The notes beneath the pieces were generated by a model. The model did not search any database, was not told the origin of the DNA, and worked only from the letters and a program-made list of their open reading frames with translations. A stretch of 32,000 nucleotides of DNA from NCBI RefSeq assembly GCF_900289195.1, contig NZ_OMOH01000006.1:30001-62000 (forward strand), in the 5' to 3' direction. Source of the DNA: Propionibacterium ruminifibrarum (GTDB lineage Bacteria; Actinomycetota; Actinomycetes; Propionibacteriales; Propionibacteriaceae). This document shows, piece by piece, positions 23,071 through 32,000 of the stretch. A program made the translations under genes and the position numbers. Within the stretch, counting starts at the first letter, position 1, and each line of letters opens with the position of its first letter.

Positions 23071-23886
23071 TCAGGCTCCTGCGTTCTGGGTTTCGGGTGC
23101 CTCGGCCGGGGCAGCGGCGGCACTGCTGCGCGGGGCCTGCTCGCGTGCGGCATCGGCGCGGCGACGACCGGAACGCTCACCGCGGCCCGGGCGGCGGCTG
23201 CTGCGCTGACGCCCAGGAGCGGCCTGGCGGGCCGCCTTCTGGGCCGCACGCTCGGCGCGGGTGCCGGTGACGTCGCCCTTGTAGATCCACACCTTGACGC
23301 CGATGCGCCCGTACGTCGTCCTGGCCTCGTAGAAGCCGTAGTCGATGTCGGCGCGCAGGGTGTGCAGCGGCACGCGGCCCTCCCGGTAGCCCTCCGAGCG
23401 GCTCATCTCGGCGCCGCCGAGACGGCCGGAGCACTTGATGCGGATGCCCTGGGCGCCCATTCGGATGGCGGTCTGCTGGGCCTTGCGCATCGCGCGGCGG
23501 AAGGCCACGCGGGCGCCGAGCTGCTCGGCGATGCCCTGGGCGACGAGCTGGGCGTCGGTCTCGGGGTTCTTGACCTCGAGGATGTTCAGCTGGATCTGCT
23601 TGCCCGTGAGTTTCTCGAGCTCGCCGCGCACACGCTCCGCCTCGGCGCCGTTGCGCCCGATGACGATGCCCGGGCGTGCGGCGTAGAGGAAGATCGTCAG
23701 GCGGTCCGACCGGCGCTCGATCTCCACGGACGAGACGCCGGCGCGCTCGAGGTTCTTCCTGATCCAGGTGCGAACCTTGTCGTCCTCGCCCACGAGCTCG
23801 GCGTACTGCTTCTCGGCGTACCAACGCGACTTGTGGTCGGTCGTCACACCCAGGCGGAAGCCGTTCGGGTTGATCTTCTGTCCCAT
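23071..23886 (-). CDS. rpsC: 30S ribosomal protein S3
   Basis: [24 protein letters not shown]...[12 protein letters not shown] matches S3. An Ala/Arg-rich C-terminal tail of about 60 aa is present. Confidence 0.97.
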   Translation of the reverse strand: MGQKINPNGFRLGVTTDHKSRWYAEKQYAELVGEDDKVRTWIRKNLERAGVSSVEIERRSDRLTIFLYAARPGIVIGRNGAEAERVRGELEKLTGKQIQLNILEVKNPETDAQLVAQGIAEQLGARVAFRRAMRKAQQTAIRMGAQGIRIKCSGRLGGAEMSRSEGYREGRVPLHTLRADIDYGFYEARTTYGRIGVKVWIYKGDVTGTRAERAAQKAARQAAPGRQRSSRRPGRGERSGRRRADAAREQAPRSSAAAAPAEAPETQNAGA

Positions 23887-23888
23887 GC

Positions 23889-24296
23889 TCAGGCCTCCTT
23901 CTTGTCGCCCGAGTGGGGCTCGACGACCGCGGTGATATGGCTGGCACGCTTGAGGATCCGGCTGGCGGAACCCTTCGCGCGGGCGCGGATGCGGCGCATG
24001 GTGACACCCTCATCCACGAAAATCTGGCTCACGTAGAGATCGTCGGCGCGAAGCCCCTCGGCCGACTCGGCATTGGCGACCGCGCTCTCGATCACCTTGC
24101 GGACCGGCTCGGCCGCGGCCTGCGGGGCGAAGCGGAGAGTGGCGATGGCCCGGTTGACGTCCATCCCGCGCACCGTGTCGACGACGCGGCGCACCTTGCG
24201 GGGGCTCATCCGGACGTGACGCGCAATGGCGTACGAGCCAGGGCGATCCCCGAGCAGGGCAAGACGACGGCTGGGCCGTTCGTTGTTATTGCTCAT
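23889..24296 (-). CDS. rplV: 50S ribosomal protein L22
   Basis: [55 protein letters not shown] matches L22. I prefer the ATG at 24296 (MSNNNERP), which has AAGGA 9 nt upstream. The track start at 24305 abuts the SD. Confidence 0.95.
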   Translation of the reverse strand: MSNNNERPSRRLALLGDRPGSYAIARHVRMSPRKVRRVVDTVRGMDVNRAIATLRFAPQAAAEPVRKVIESAVANAESAEGLRADDLYVSQIFVDEGVTMRRIRARAKGSASRILKRASHITAVVEPHSGDKKEA

Positions 24297-24322
24297 CGAA
24301 TTCATTCCTTCTGGTCCGCGCC

Positions 24323-24604
24323 TCAGCGCCGGCGGGCCTTCTTGTCGTCCTTCACATGGCCGCGGAAAGTACGCGTCGGGGCGAACTCACCGAGCTTGTG
24401 TCCGATCATCGACTCGGTGATGAACACCGGGACGTGCTTGCGTCCGTCGTGCACGGCGATGGTGTGGCCGAGCATGTCCGGGGTGACCATGGAGCGGCGC
24501 GACCAGGTCTTGATGACGTTCTTGGTGCCGTTCTCGTTCTGCAGGTCGATCTTCTTCTGCAGGTGCTCGTCGACGAACGGACCCTTCTTCAAGCTGCGAG
24601 GCAT
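24323..24604 (-). CDS. rpsS: 30S ribosomal protein S19
   Basis: [19 protein letters not shown]...[38 protein letters not shown] matches S19. Confidence 0.97.
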   Translation of the reverse strand: MPRSLKKGPFVDEHLQKKIDLQNENGTKNVIKTWSRRSMVTPDMLGHTIAVHDGRKHVPVFITESMIGHKLGEFAPTRTFRGHVKDDKKARRR

Positions 24605-24621
24605 TGTCTACTGCTCCTGAA

Positions 24622-25458
<837 letters not shown>

Positions 25459-25496
25459 GAGGTTTCTTCGTTCCTTGTCTACGCGTCAGCTCCCGG

Positions 25497-25808
25497 TCAC
25501 TCGGCCGGAGCGTTCCCGAAAATGTCGATGTGGTCGTCGGCCGCCAGGGTCACGATCGCTCGCTTGCTGCTGGCGGTCCGGCCGATGCCGTAGCGCGTGC
25601 GACGACGCTTGCCGGCCCGGTTCTGGGTGTTGACCGACTTGACCTTGACACCGAAGATGGCCTCGATGGCCTCACGGATCTCGATCTTGTTGGCCTTGGG
25701 GCTGACCTCGAAGGTGTAGGTGTTCTGGTCGATCAGCCCGTAGGTCTTCTCGCTCACCACCGGGGCGAGGATGACGTCGTGCGGATCGTGGATCTTGAAG
25801 TCGCTCAC
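25497..25808 (-). CDS. rplW: 50S ribosomal protein L23
   Basis: [51 protein letters not shown] matches L23. Confidence 0.97.
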   Translation of the reverse strand: MSDFKIHDPHDVILAPVVSEKTYGLIDQNTYTFEVSPKANKIEIREAIEAIFGVKVKSVNTQNRAGKRRRTRYGIGRTASSKRAIVTLAADDHIDIFGNAPAE

Positions 25809-26491
25809 TTGGCGTCCTCCTCATCCTCGGCCACGGCGCCGGCGGCGGCCCTGGCGGACGTGTTCTTTGCGATGAAGGCCTGAAGAGCCGACTCGGTGAA
25901 CACCACGGCGTCGGCGACGAGCACGTCATAGGCGTTCAGCTGGTCCCAGCTGATGACGTGCACGCCGACGAGGTTGCGCAGTGAGAGCCAGTTGGTCTCG
26001 TCGGTGCGCTCGAGCACGGCCAGAACGCGGCCGTGGTCGCCGAGTGAGGCGAGGAGGGCGGCGGCGCTCTTGGTGCTGGGACGCTCGCCGGAGACGAACG
26101 AGTCCACCACGTACAGGAGGCCCTCGCGGGCGCGGTCGGAGAGGGCGCCGCGCAGGGCGGCGGCGATCATCTTCTTGGGCGTGCGCTGCGCGTAGGAGCG
26201 CGGCACCGGACCGTGGACGATACCGCCCCCGGTCCACTGGGGGGCGCGGGTCGAACCCTGACGGGCGCGACCGGTGCCCTTCTGGCGCCACGGCTTGCGG
26301 CCGCCGCCGGAGACCTCGGCGCGGGTCTTCGTCGAGTGGGTGCCCTGGCGGGCCGCGGCGAGCTGGGCGGTGACGACCTGGTGCATCAGCGCGATGTTGG
26401 CCTGGACGTCGAAGAGCTCACCGGGAAGCTCGGCGGAACCGGTCTTCGTACCGCTGGCGTCGAGGACGTCGACTGTGCTGTTCTCGTTCAC
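25805..26491 (-). CDS. rplD: 50S ribosomal protein L4
   Basis: [56 protein letters not shown] matches L4. An acidic Ala-rich C-terminal tail is present. Confidence 0.97.
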   Translation of the reverse strand: MNENSTVDVLDASGTKTGSAELPGELFDVQANIALMHQVVTAQLAAARQGTHSTKTRAEVSGGGRKPWRQKGTGRARQGSTRAPQWTGGGIVHGPVPRSYAQRTPKKMIAAALRGALSDRAREGLLYVVDSFVSGERPSTKSAAALLASLGDHGRVLAVLERTDETNWLSLRNLVGVHVISWDQLNAYDVLVADAVVFTESALQAFIAKNTSARAAAGAVAEDEEDAK

Positions 26492-27147
26492 TTGGCATCA
26501 CCCTTCTTGGCGGCGCTGCGCACGACGACGAGACCACCCTTGTTGCCGGGGACGGCGCCGCGCACGAGGATCAGCCCCTTGTCGGCGTCGACCGCGACGA
26601 CGGGGAGGTTCTGGATGGTCTTGCGCTCGTTGCCCATGCGGCCGGCCATGCGCAGACCCTTGAACACGTGACCAGGGGTGGAGCAGGCGCCGATGCCGCC
26701 GGGCGAGCGGTGCTTGCGGTGGACGCCGTGGCTGGCACGCAGACCGGCGAAGCCGTGACGCTTGACGACACCGGCGGTGCCCTTGCCCTTGGTCACGCCG
26801 ACGACGTCGACGATCTCGTCGGCGGCGAAGACGTCCGCGCCGAGTTCCTGACCCAGCGTGTACTCGGCGGCATCGCTGGTGCGGATCTCCGCGAGATAGC
26901 GGCGAGGGGTCACGCCGGCTGCGGCGAACTGGCCGGCGGCGGGCTTGTTGACCGACTTGGCCTTGACAGCGCCGTAGCCGAGCTGAACGGCCGAGTAGCC
27001 GTCCTTGTCAGGCGTGCGGACCTGCGTGACGACGCAGGGGCCGGCCTGGATGACGGTCACCGGCACGAGCCGGTTGTTCTCGTCCCACAACTGGGTCATG
27101 CCGAGCTTGGTGCCCAGCACGCCCTTCACTTTGCGATCGATGGTCAT
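26488..27147 (-). CDS. rplC: 50S ribosomal protein L3
   Basis: [38 protein letters not shown] matches L3. The ATG at 27147 has GAGG 9 nt upstream. The track start at 27162 is a GTG overlapping the rpsJ stop. Confidence 0.96.
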   Translation of the reverse strand: MTIDRKVKGVLGTKLGMTQLWDENNRLVPVTVIQAGPCVVTQVRTPDKDGYSAVQLGYGAVKAKSVNKPAAGQFAAAGVTPRRYLAEIRTSDAAEYTLGQELGADVFAADEIVDVVGVTKGKGTAGVVKRHGFAGLRASHGVHRKHRSPGGIGACSTPGHVFKGLRMAGRMGNERKTIQNLPVVAVDADKGLILVRGAVPGNKGGLVVVRSAAKKGDAK

Positions 27148-27158
27148 GTTCTGCGGCC

Positions 27159-27470
27159 TCACGGAAGCTTGATTTCGATGTCAACGCCGGCGGGAAGATC
27201 GAGACGCATGAGCGAGTCGACGGTCTTCGGAGTCGGGTCGAGGATGTCGATGAGCCGCTTGTGGGTGCGCATCTCGAAATGCTCGCGGCTGTCCTTGTAC
27301 TTGTGGGGCGAACGAATGACGCACCACACGTTCTTCTCGGTCGGCAACGGCACTGGGCCGGCGACCTGGGCACCCGTCCGGGTGACGGTGTCGACGATCT
27401 TGCGCGCCGACGAGTCGATGACCTCGTGGTCATAGGCACGGAGCCTGATGCGGATCTTCTGTCCCGCCAC
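27159..27470 (-). CDS. rpsJ: 30S ribosomal protein S10, 103 aa
   Basis: (V)[75 protein letters not shown] matches S10. The GTG at 27470 has AGAGGA 6 nt upstream. The track ORF extends artificially to 27542. Confidence 0.96.
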   Translation of the reverse strand: MAGQKIRIRLRAYDHEVIDSSARKIVDTVTRTGAQVAGPVPLPTEKNVWCVIRSPHKYKDSREHFEMRTHKRLIDILDPTPKTVDSLMRLDLPAGVDIEIKLP

Positions 27471-27855
27471 GGTTGTTCCTCTTCTCGTCCCTGCTGAGCC
27501 GGTGCACCCGGCCTGGCCTGGTTGTGACCAGGGCGAATCCACCTCGAAAACTCTCCGTTTTCACCGCTATTCGCCCTTGTCAATGTCATGTCGCCTGGCA
27601 CCCGAGGTCGGGCGTGTCGGCCAGCATTTTTTGAGCGCACGCCATGCGTGCGCTCGATCGGCTGCCCGGACAGGGCCTCGCCGAGGCCCGTACCGCTGCC
27701 TGGGTTCCCCGCAGCGCGGCGCCTCGGAACGACGTCCGACGCAGTCCCACCGCAGGGAGCAACTTGTCCATGTTCCCATGAATCGATGGCCCAGGCAAAT
27801 CACTGGTGCAGATTTCTTGCCGGCCGGCCCGCGCGCGGCGGGGCCGGGGCCGAGT

Positions 27856-29319
27856 TCACAGGCGCCTGCGCAGACCTTCGATGCGGGCCAGGGTGGATTC
27901 CCGGCCGAGGATCTGGCAGGTCTCGAACAGCGGCGGGCTGACCTTGCGACCACTGGTGGCCACCCGCAGCGGCGCGAAACCGGCGCGGGCCTTGAGGCCC
28001 ATGGCGTCGACGAGCCGGGCACGCAGGGCGGCCTGGATCGTGTCCGCGTCGAAGGGCTCGACCGCGCCGAGGACCTCGGCCGTGGCGTCGAGGATCTCGG
28101 CGGCGTCGTCCTTGAGCTGGGCGCGCGCGGTGTCCTCGACACGGATCGAGTCGTCGGGAACCGTCAGGAAGGCGATCTGGTCCCAGGCGTCCGACAGCTT
28201 GACCAGGCGCGGTTTGATCATGCCTGCCGCCGCCCGGACGATGCCCGCCCAGGCCGGATCGGGGTCCGGACCCCACTGCTCGTTCTCACTGATGTACTCC
28301 ACCAGACGATCACCCAGCTCGTCGTCCGAGAGCTCCCGGATGTAGTGACCGTTGAGCCAGTCGAGCTTCTTGGTGTCGAAGATCGGGCCGACGGTGTTGA
28401 CCTTGCCCCAGTCGAAGCCCTCGACGAACTGCTCGAAGGTGCTGATCTCCTCGTCGCCGCCCGCCGGCGGGTAGGCCAGCAGCTGGAGGAAGTTGCGCAG
28501 GGCCTCGGGCAGGTAGCCCTGCTCCTTGAACCACATGAGGCGCGCGGCCGGGTTCTTCCGCTTGGAGATCTTGGAGTGATCGGCGTTGCGCAGCAGCGGC
28601 ATGTGCGCGAACTGGGGCGGTTCCCAGCCGAGCCAGCGGTAGAGCAGGATGTGCTTGGGGGTCGAACTGATCCACTCCTCCCCCCGCACGACCGTCGTGA
28701 TGTCCATCTCGTGGTCGTCGACGACGACGGCCAGGTGATAGGTGGGGAACCCGTCGGTCTTCATGATGATCTGGTCGTCGGGGAACGGCGCCTTGACATC
28801 GCCCCGGATCACGTCGTGGAAGACGGTCGGTGCGTCATCGGGGATGAGCATGCGCACGGTGGGGGTCTCGGTGAAGCCGGGCAGTTCGGCGCGCTCCTGC
28901 TTCGTCATCCGGTAGCACAGCCGGTCGTAGCGCGTGTCCTCCTTCCGGGCGGCCTTCTCCTCACGCATCCGGGCCAGCCGCTCGGGGGAGCACCAGCAGT
29001 GGTACGCATGGCCCTCCGCGATGAGCCTGTCGACGATCGGCTGGTAGCGGTCCAGCCGCTCGGACTGCTTGTACGGGGCGTAGGGCCCCCCGAGGACCGG
29101 CGACTCGTCGGGGCTCAGGCCCAGCCAGTCGAGGGTGTCGATGATCTGCTGCTCGGAGCCGGCGACCAGGCGGGCGCGGTCGGTGTCCTCGATGCGCAGC
29201 ACGAACCGGCCGCCGGTCTTCACCGCCCACGCCTTGTCGAAGAGGGCCATGTACGCGGTGCCGACGTGCGGATCACCGGTGGGGGAAGGAGCAACACGAG
29301 TGCGAGCAGGAGTCGTCAT
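27856..29319 (-). CDS. gltX: Glutamate--tRNA ligase (glutamyl-tRNA synthetase), 487 aa
   Basis: This is the C-terminal part of track ORF 27856..29790, starting at the ATG at 29319: MTTPARTRVAPSPTGDPHVGTAYMALF (HIGH-type motif). It also has RIEDTDRAR, PTYHLAVVVDDHEM and the KMSKS-type motif KISKRK. Confidence 0.95.
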   Translation of the reverse strand: MTTPARTRVAPSPTGDPHVGTAYMALFDKAWAVKTGGRFVLRIEDTDRARLVAGSEQQIIDTLDWLGLSPDESPVLGGPYAPYKQSERLDRYQPIVDRLIAEGHAYHCWCSPERLARMREEKAARKEDTRYDRLCYRMTKQERAELPGFTETPTVRMLIPDDAPTVFHDVIRGDVKAPFPDDQIIMKTDGFPTYHLAVVVDDHEMDITTVVRGEEWISSTPKHILLYRWLGWEPPQFAHMPLLRNADHSKISKRKNPAARLMWFKEQGYLPEALRNFLQLLAYPPAGGDEEISTFEQFVEGFDWGKVNTVGPIFDTKKLDWLNGHYIRELSDDELGDRLVEYISENEQWGPDPDPAWAGIVRAAAGMIKPRLVKLSDAWDQIAFLTVPDDSIRVEDTARAQLKDDAAEILDATAEVLGAVEPFDADTIQAALRARLVDAMGLKARAGFAPLRVATSGRKVSPPLFETCQILGRESTLARIEGLRRRL

Positions 29320-29359
29320 AGTGGCGCCAAGTCTAGTGGCTGTCACCCGCGGCCTATTA

Positions 29360-29375
29360 TCGAACTCATGTACGA
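29360..29375 (+). promoter_or_regulatory. Candidate LexA (SOS) box TCGAAC-TCAT-GTACGA overlapping the umuD start codon
   Basis: It matches the actinobacterial / Gram-positive consensus TCGAAC-N4-GTTCGA at 11 of 12 positions. The ATG of umuD (29368-29370) lies inside the box. A -10-like TATTAT (29355-29360) sits 7 nt upstream of the ATG, which suggests a leaderless transcript. Confidence 0.6.
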
Positions 29376-29796
29376 AGTACGAGTGCTGTGTCAGGTGGCG
29401 CAGCTGACACCCGCGGCACCGGTCCCCCTGGCCGTCGAGACCGTGCCGGCGGGTTTCCCCTCGCCCGCGCAGGACTACTGGGAGCGCGACATCGACCTCA
29501 ATGAGCACTTGATCCGCAACCGGCCCGCCACATTCGTCGTCCGGGTCGCCGGGGACTCGATGGAGGGGGCGGGGATCTTCGACGGGGACGAACTGATCGT
29601 GGACCGTTCCCTCCAGGCCGGTGAGGGGGACGTGGTGATCGCCGTCATCGAGGACGAGCTGACCGTCAAACGCCTCCACCTGACCCCTGACGGCCCTCAG
29701 CTTCAGCCGGCCAACGACGCCTACCCGGTGCTGAGACCCCGCGAGCTGAGGATCTGGGGGGTGGTGACGACATGCCTGCATCATCTGCACCGCTGA
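29368..29796 (+). CDS. umuD: UmuD-like S24 peptidase (DNA polymerase V autoproteolytic subunit), 142 aa
   Basis: This is the in-frame C-terminal part of track ORF 27448..29796. It aligns by eye to E. coli UmuD. The cleavage-site region is VPAGFPSPAQDYWERDIDLNEHLI. The catalytic Ser lies in VAGDSMEGAGI and the catalytic Lys in LTVKRL. Confidence 0.88.
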   Translation: MYEVRVLCQVAQLTPAAPVPLAVETVPAGFPSPAQDYWERDIDLNEHLIRNRPATFVVRVAGDSMEGAGIFDGDELIVDRSLQAGEGDVVIAVIEDELTVKRLHLTPDGPQLQPANDAYPVLRPRELRIWGVVTTCLHHLHR

Positions 29797-31067
29797 CCCG
29801 GTATGCGCTGGTGGACGTCGACGCGTGCTACTGCGCGTGCGAGAGGATCTTCCACCCCGAACTGGAGGGCGTCCCGGTGGTGGTACTGTCCAACAACGAC
29901 GGCTGCGTGATATCCCGCAGCAGCGAGGCCACGGCCCTCGGGGTGGAGATGGGCGCCCCGTGGCTCCGGATCAGGAACTGGGCCGCCCGCCGGGGCGTGG
30001 TCGCCCGGTCGTCGAACTACGAGCTGTACGGGTCGATCTCCAGGCGGCTCATGGATCTCCTCCACGACGTGTCCCCCGCCGTCGAGGCGTACTCGATCGA
30101 CGAGGCCTTCATCCGCGTGCAGGCCACCGACCCGGACGGCCTGGCCGCCCTCGGCCACCGGATACGCGCCACGGTGCGGCGGGACCTGGGGATACCGGTG
30201 TCCGTGGGGATCGGCCCGACGAAGACCCTCGCGAAGCTCGCCTCCCATGGCGCGAAGCACTCCCGGGCCCTCTGCGGGGTCGCCGTGTGGGACCAGTGCA
30301 CCGAGTCCGCCCGGGCACGGATCCTCCAGGCGACACCGGCCGCCGGCGTGTGGGGGGTGGGGCGTCGCACGGCCCGGCGGCTGGCCGCGCGAGGCATCGA
30401 CACGGCCGGGCAGCTGCACGGGCAGGACCCCGGCGCCCTCCGGCAGCAGTTCGGCGTGAACCTGGCCCGCACGGTCCTGGAGCTGCGCGGGACACCGTGC
30501 ATCGAGACCGCGGACCATGACGCCGACCGGAGCGGCCGGCTGGTGTTCTCCCGGTCGTTCTCCACCCCCGTCACCACGGCGGACCAGATGCACCAGGTGC
30601 TGAGCCTGTACGCGCAGCAGCTCACCTCCCGGCTGCGCCGCCAGGGCTCCGTGGCGGGAGCGGTGTGGGCCTTCGCCGCCACGAGCCCGTGCCGGGAACC
30701 CTTCCACCAGGTGTCGGCCGCGGCCGAGCTGCCCGAGCGCACCGACGATCCCCTGGCGGTACTGCGGAGCGTGTCCGGGCTGCTGGAGCCGCGGATGGCC
30801 GAGGGGGCGCGATACGTGCGGGCGGGGATCTGCCTGTCCGAGCTGGCCCCCGCAGGCCGCCAGGAGCCCCTGCCCGTGTTCGCCGCGGATCCCCGCGGGC
30901 GGCGCATCGGCGCCGTGATCGACGAGGTCAACACCCGGGTCGGCCACGGCGCGGTCGGGCTCGGGCTGGCCGGGCTGGCCTGCCCGCCCGACTGGCAGAT
31001 GCGCCGCGGGATGCTCTCCAACCGGGGTACCACCTGCTGGGCGGAGCTGACGACCGTCCGGGCCTGA
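29772..31067 (+). CDS. umuC: Y-family DNA polymerase, UmuC-like (Pol V catalytic subunit), 431 aa
   Basis: YALVDVDACYCACERIFHPELEGVPVVVLSNNDGCVISRSSEATALGVEMGAPW...SSNYELYGSISRRLM...YSIDEAFI closely parallels the E. coli UmuC N-terminus (DVNAFYASCE, VVVLSNNDGCVIAR, SSNYELYADMS, YSIDEAF). It overlaps umuD by 25 nt, with GGGGGTGGTGA upstream of the ATG. Confidence 0.9.
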   Translation: MPASSAPLTRYALVDVDACYCACERIFHPELEGVPVVVLSNNDGCVISRSSEATALGVEMGAPWLRIRNWAARRGVVARSSNYELYGSISRRLMDLLHDVSPAVEAYSIDEAFIRVQATDPDGLAALGHRIRATVRRDLGIPVSVGIGPTKTLAKLASHGAKHSRALCGVAVWDQCTESARARILQATPAAGVWGVGRRTARRLAARGIDTAGQLHGQDPGALRQQFGVNLARTVLELRGTPCIETADHDADRSGRLVFSRSFSTPVTTADQMHQVLSLYAQQLTSRLRRQGSVAGAVWAFAATSPCREPFHQVSAAAELPERTDDPLAVLRSVSGLLEPRMAEGARYVRAGICLSELAPAGRQEPLPVFAADPRGRRIGAVIDEVNTRVGHGAVGLGLAGLACPPDWQMRRGMLSNRGTTCWAELTTVRA

Positions 31068-31219
31068 GCGGGCGGGGCGCGCAGGCGCGCCACTGACATC
31101 CACGGCCCGGACCCATGCCGGGCACCGTTGGACGTGGGCTGCCGCGAGTAGGGTGGGGCCGTTTCTGGCGGGAGCCGCGGTTCGCCGGCCCGCCCCGGTC
31201 TCGACTCGCAGGACTGATC

Positions 31220-32000
31220 ATGACCACACGCACCACCCGGACGGGTCCGGCCACGGACTCCGCGTCCGCCGAGGGGCTGCGTCGTTCGCTACGCGGCCGG
31301 CACCTGACGATGATCTCCATCGGGGGCGCGATCGGCACCGGCCTGTTCGTCGCCTCGGGCAGCACGATCTCCCAGGCCGGGCCGGGCGGCGCGCTGGTGG
31401 CCTACGCGGCGATCGGCGTGATGGTCTGGCTCATCATGCAGTCGCTCGGCGAGATGGCGGCATGTCTTCCGGTGGCCGGCTCATTCGGCGAGTACGGGAC
31501 GCGTTTCGTCTCGCCGTCCTTCGGGTTCGCCATCGGCTGGAACTACTGGTTCAACTGGGCGGTCACGGTGGCGGCCGAGCTGGTGGCGGCCGCCCTGGTG
31601 ATGAAGTTCTGGCTGCCCGACGTGCCCTCGATCGTGTGGTCCGGCCTGTTCCTGCTCATCCTGTTCGGCATCAACGCGCTGTCCACCCGCGCCTACGGTG
31701 AGAGCGAGTTCTGGTTCGCGACCATCAAGGTGGCCGCCGTGGTCGTCTTCCTCGTCCTGGGCGTGGCCATGATCGCCGGAATCCTGGGGGATTCCCCGGG
31801 CGCCGCCAACTGGACGCGGGGCGAGGCCCCCTTCGTCGGCGGCGGCAAGGGGATCCTGCTGGTCCTGCTGGTGGCCGGCTACTCCTTCCAGGGCACCGAG
31901 CTCATCGGTACCGCGGCCGGTGAGGCCGCGCACCCGGAGCGGACGATCCCGCGGGCCATCCGCACGATCTTCTGGCGCATCCTGCTGTTCTACGTCGGGG
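31220..32000 (+). CDS. Amino-acid permease of the APC/AAT family, LysP-like; N-terminal 260 codons, continues past the window end
   Basis: Absent from the ORF track because there is no stop in the window. My translation from the ATG at 31220 reads MTTRTTRTGPATDSASAEGLRRSLRGRHLTMISIGGAIGTGLFVASGSTISQAGPGGALVAYAAIGVMVWLIMQSLGEMAACLPVAGSFGEYG...GWNYWFNWAVTVAAELVAA...FQGTELIGTAAGEAAHPERTIPRAIRTIFWRILLFYVG. This runs parallel to E. coli LysP almost motif for motif. Confidence 0.88.
   Translation, partial: MTTRTTRTGPATDSASAEGLRRSLRGRHLTMISIGGAIGTGLFVASGSTISQAGPGGALVAYAAIGVMVWLIMQSLGEMAACLPVAGSFGEYGTRFVSPSFGFAIGWNYWFNWAVTVAAELVAAALVMKFWLPDVPSIVWSGLFLLILFGINALSTRAYGESEFWFATIKVAAVVVFLVLGVAMIAGILGDSPGAANWTRGEAPFVGGGKGILLVLLVAGYSFQGTELIGTAAGEAAHPERTIPRAIRTIFWRILLFYVG

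Noticed and set aside
27627-27655. T6 plus a 10-bp perfect hairpin considered as an intrinsic terminator
   Set aside because: The T tract precedes the stem on the plus strand. On the minus strand the stem is followed by A6. In neither orientation is there a stem followed by a U tract, so it is reported only as an unexplained structure.
27448-29367. The first 640 codons of the 782-aa plus-strand ORF 27448..29796
   Set aside because: It runs antisense to gltX and through the S10 leader. Its composition is dominated by Arg, Gly, Pro, Asp and Val with no recognisable motif. Only the last 142 codons, from the ATG at 29368, form a coherent UmuD homologue. This is a high-GC stop-codon-poor artefact.
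29781-31103. 440-aa and 360-aa minus-strand ORFs (29781..31103 and 30017..31099) and the plus-strand ORF 29825..30520
   Set aside because: They are antisense or off-frame to umuC, whose frame carries the conserved Y-family polymerase motifs. No motifs appear in the alternatives.
31068-31219. Possible lysine (L-box) riboswitch upstream of the LysP-like permease
   Set aside because: The spacer is only about 150 nt, shorter than a typical L-box. I could not recognise conserved L-box core motifs by eye. An Rfam scan would be needed to reopen this.
29320-31219. umuDC considered as part of an integrated mobile element or prophage remnant
   Set aside because: No integrase, transposase, tRNA attachment site or flanking direct repeats are visible within the window. 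Horizontal origin remains only a hypothesis, as stated in the findings.
31153-31701. 182-aa plus-strand ORF at the start of the permease region, and minus-strand ORF 31481..31933
   Set aside because: Its frame differs from that of the ATG at 31220, which gives a textbook amino-acid permease N-terminus. The 31153 frame is Arg/Gly/Pro-rich with no motifs.

Overview
GC-rich, gene-dense chromosomal segment of a high-GC Gram-positive bacterium (Actinomycetota; order and family cannot be fixed from sequence alone). I saw no rRNA, tRNA, CRISPR array, transposase or integrase. Contents in coordinate order are as follows. (1) The promoter-proximal end of the dcw cell-division cluster lies on the minus strand (mraZ, rsmH, ftsL-like, 5' part of ftsI), with a phased MraZ-type operator. 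(2) A DUF3040 membrane protein gene follows. (3) Next are two tandem paralogous LPXTG-anchored surface proteins built from about 100-aa Cys-pair repeat domains. They show an exact 927-bp intragenic repeat period and share near-identical 5' and 3' modules. (4) These are followed by helD, metF, a polyprenyl diphosphate synthase and a 4-PASTA Ser/Thr kinase, which matches the metF-idsA2-pknL neighbourhood I recall from Mycobacterium and Corynebacterium. (5) A tail-anchored kinase-fold protein has lost every catalytic residue (a pseudokinase). It is convergent with the PASTA kinase and sits directly after rplO, where secY normally lies. (6) A 21-gene S10/spc ribosomal-protein block (rpsJ to rplO) occupies the minus strand. 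(7) The window ends with gltX, a divergent E. coli-type umuDC (Pol V) operon carrying an actinobacterial LexA box over its start codon, and the 5' part of a LysP-like amino-acid permease. The items most worth follow-up are the pseudokinase and PASTA-kinase pair at a broken spc-operon junction, the modular adhesin pair, and the SOS-boxed umuDC. Most other long ORFs in the supplied track are antisense or off-frame artefacts of high GC content.
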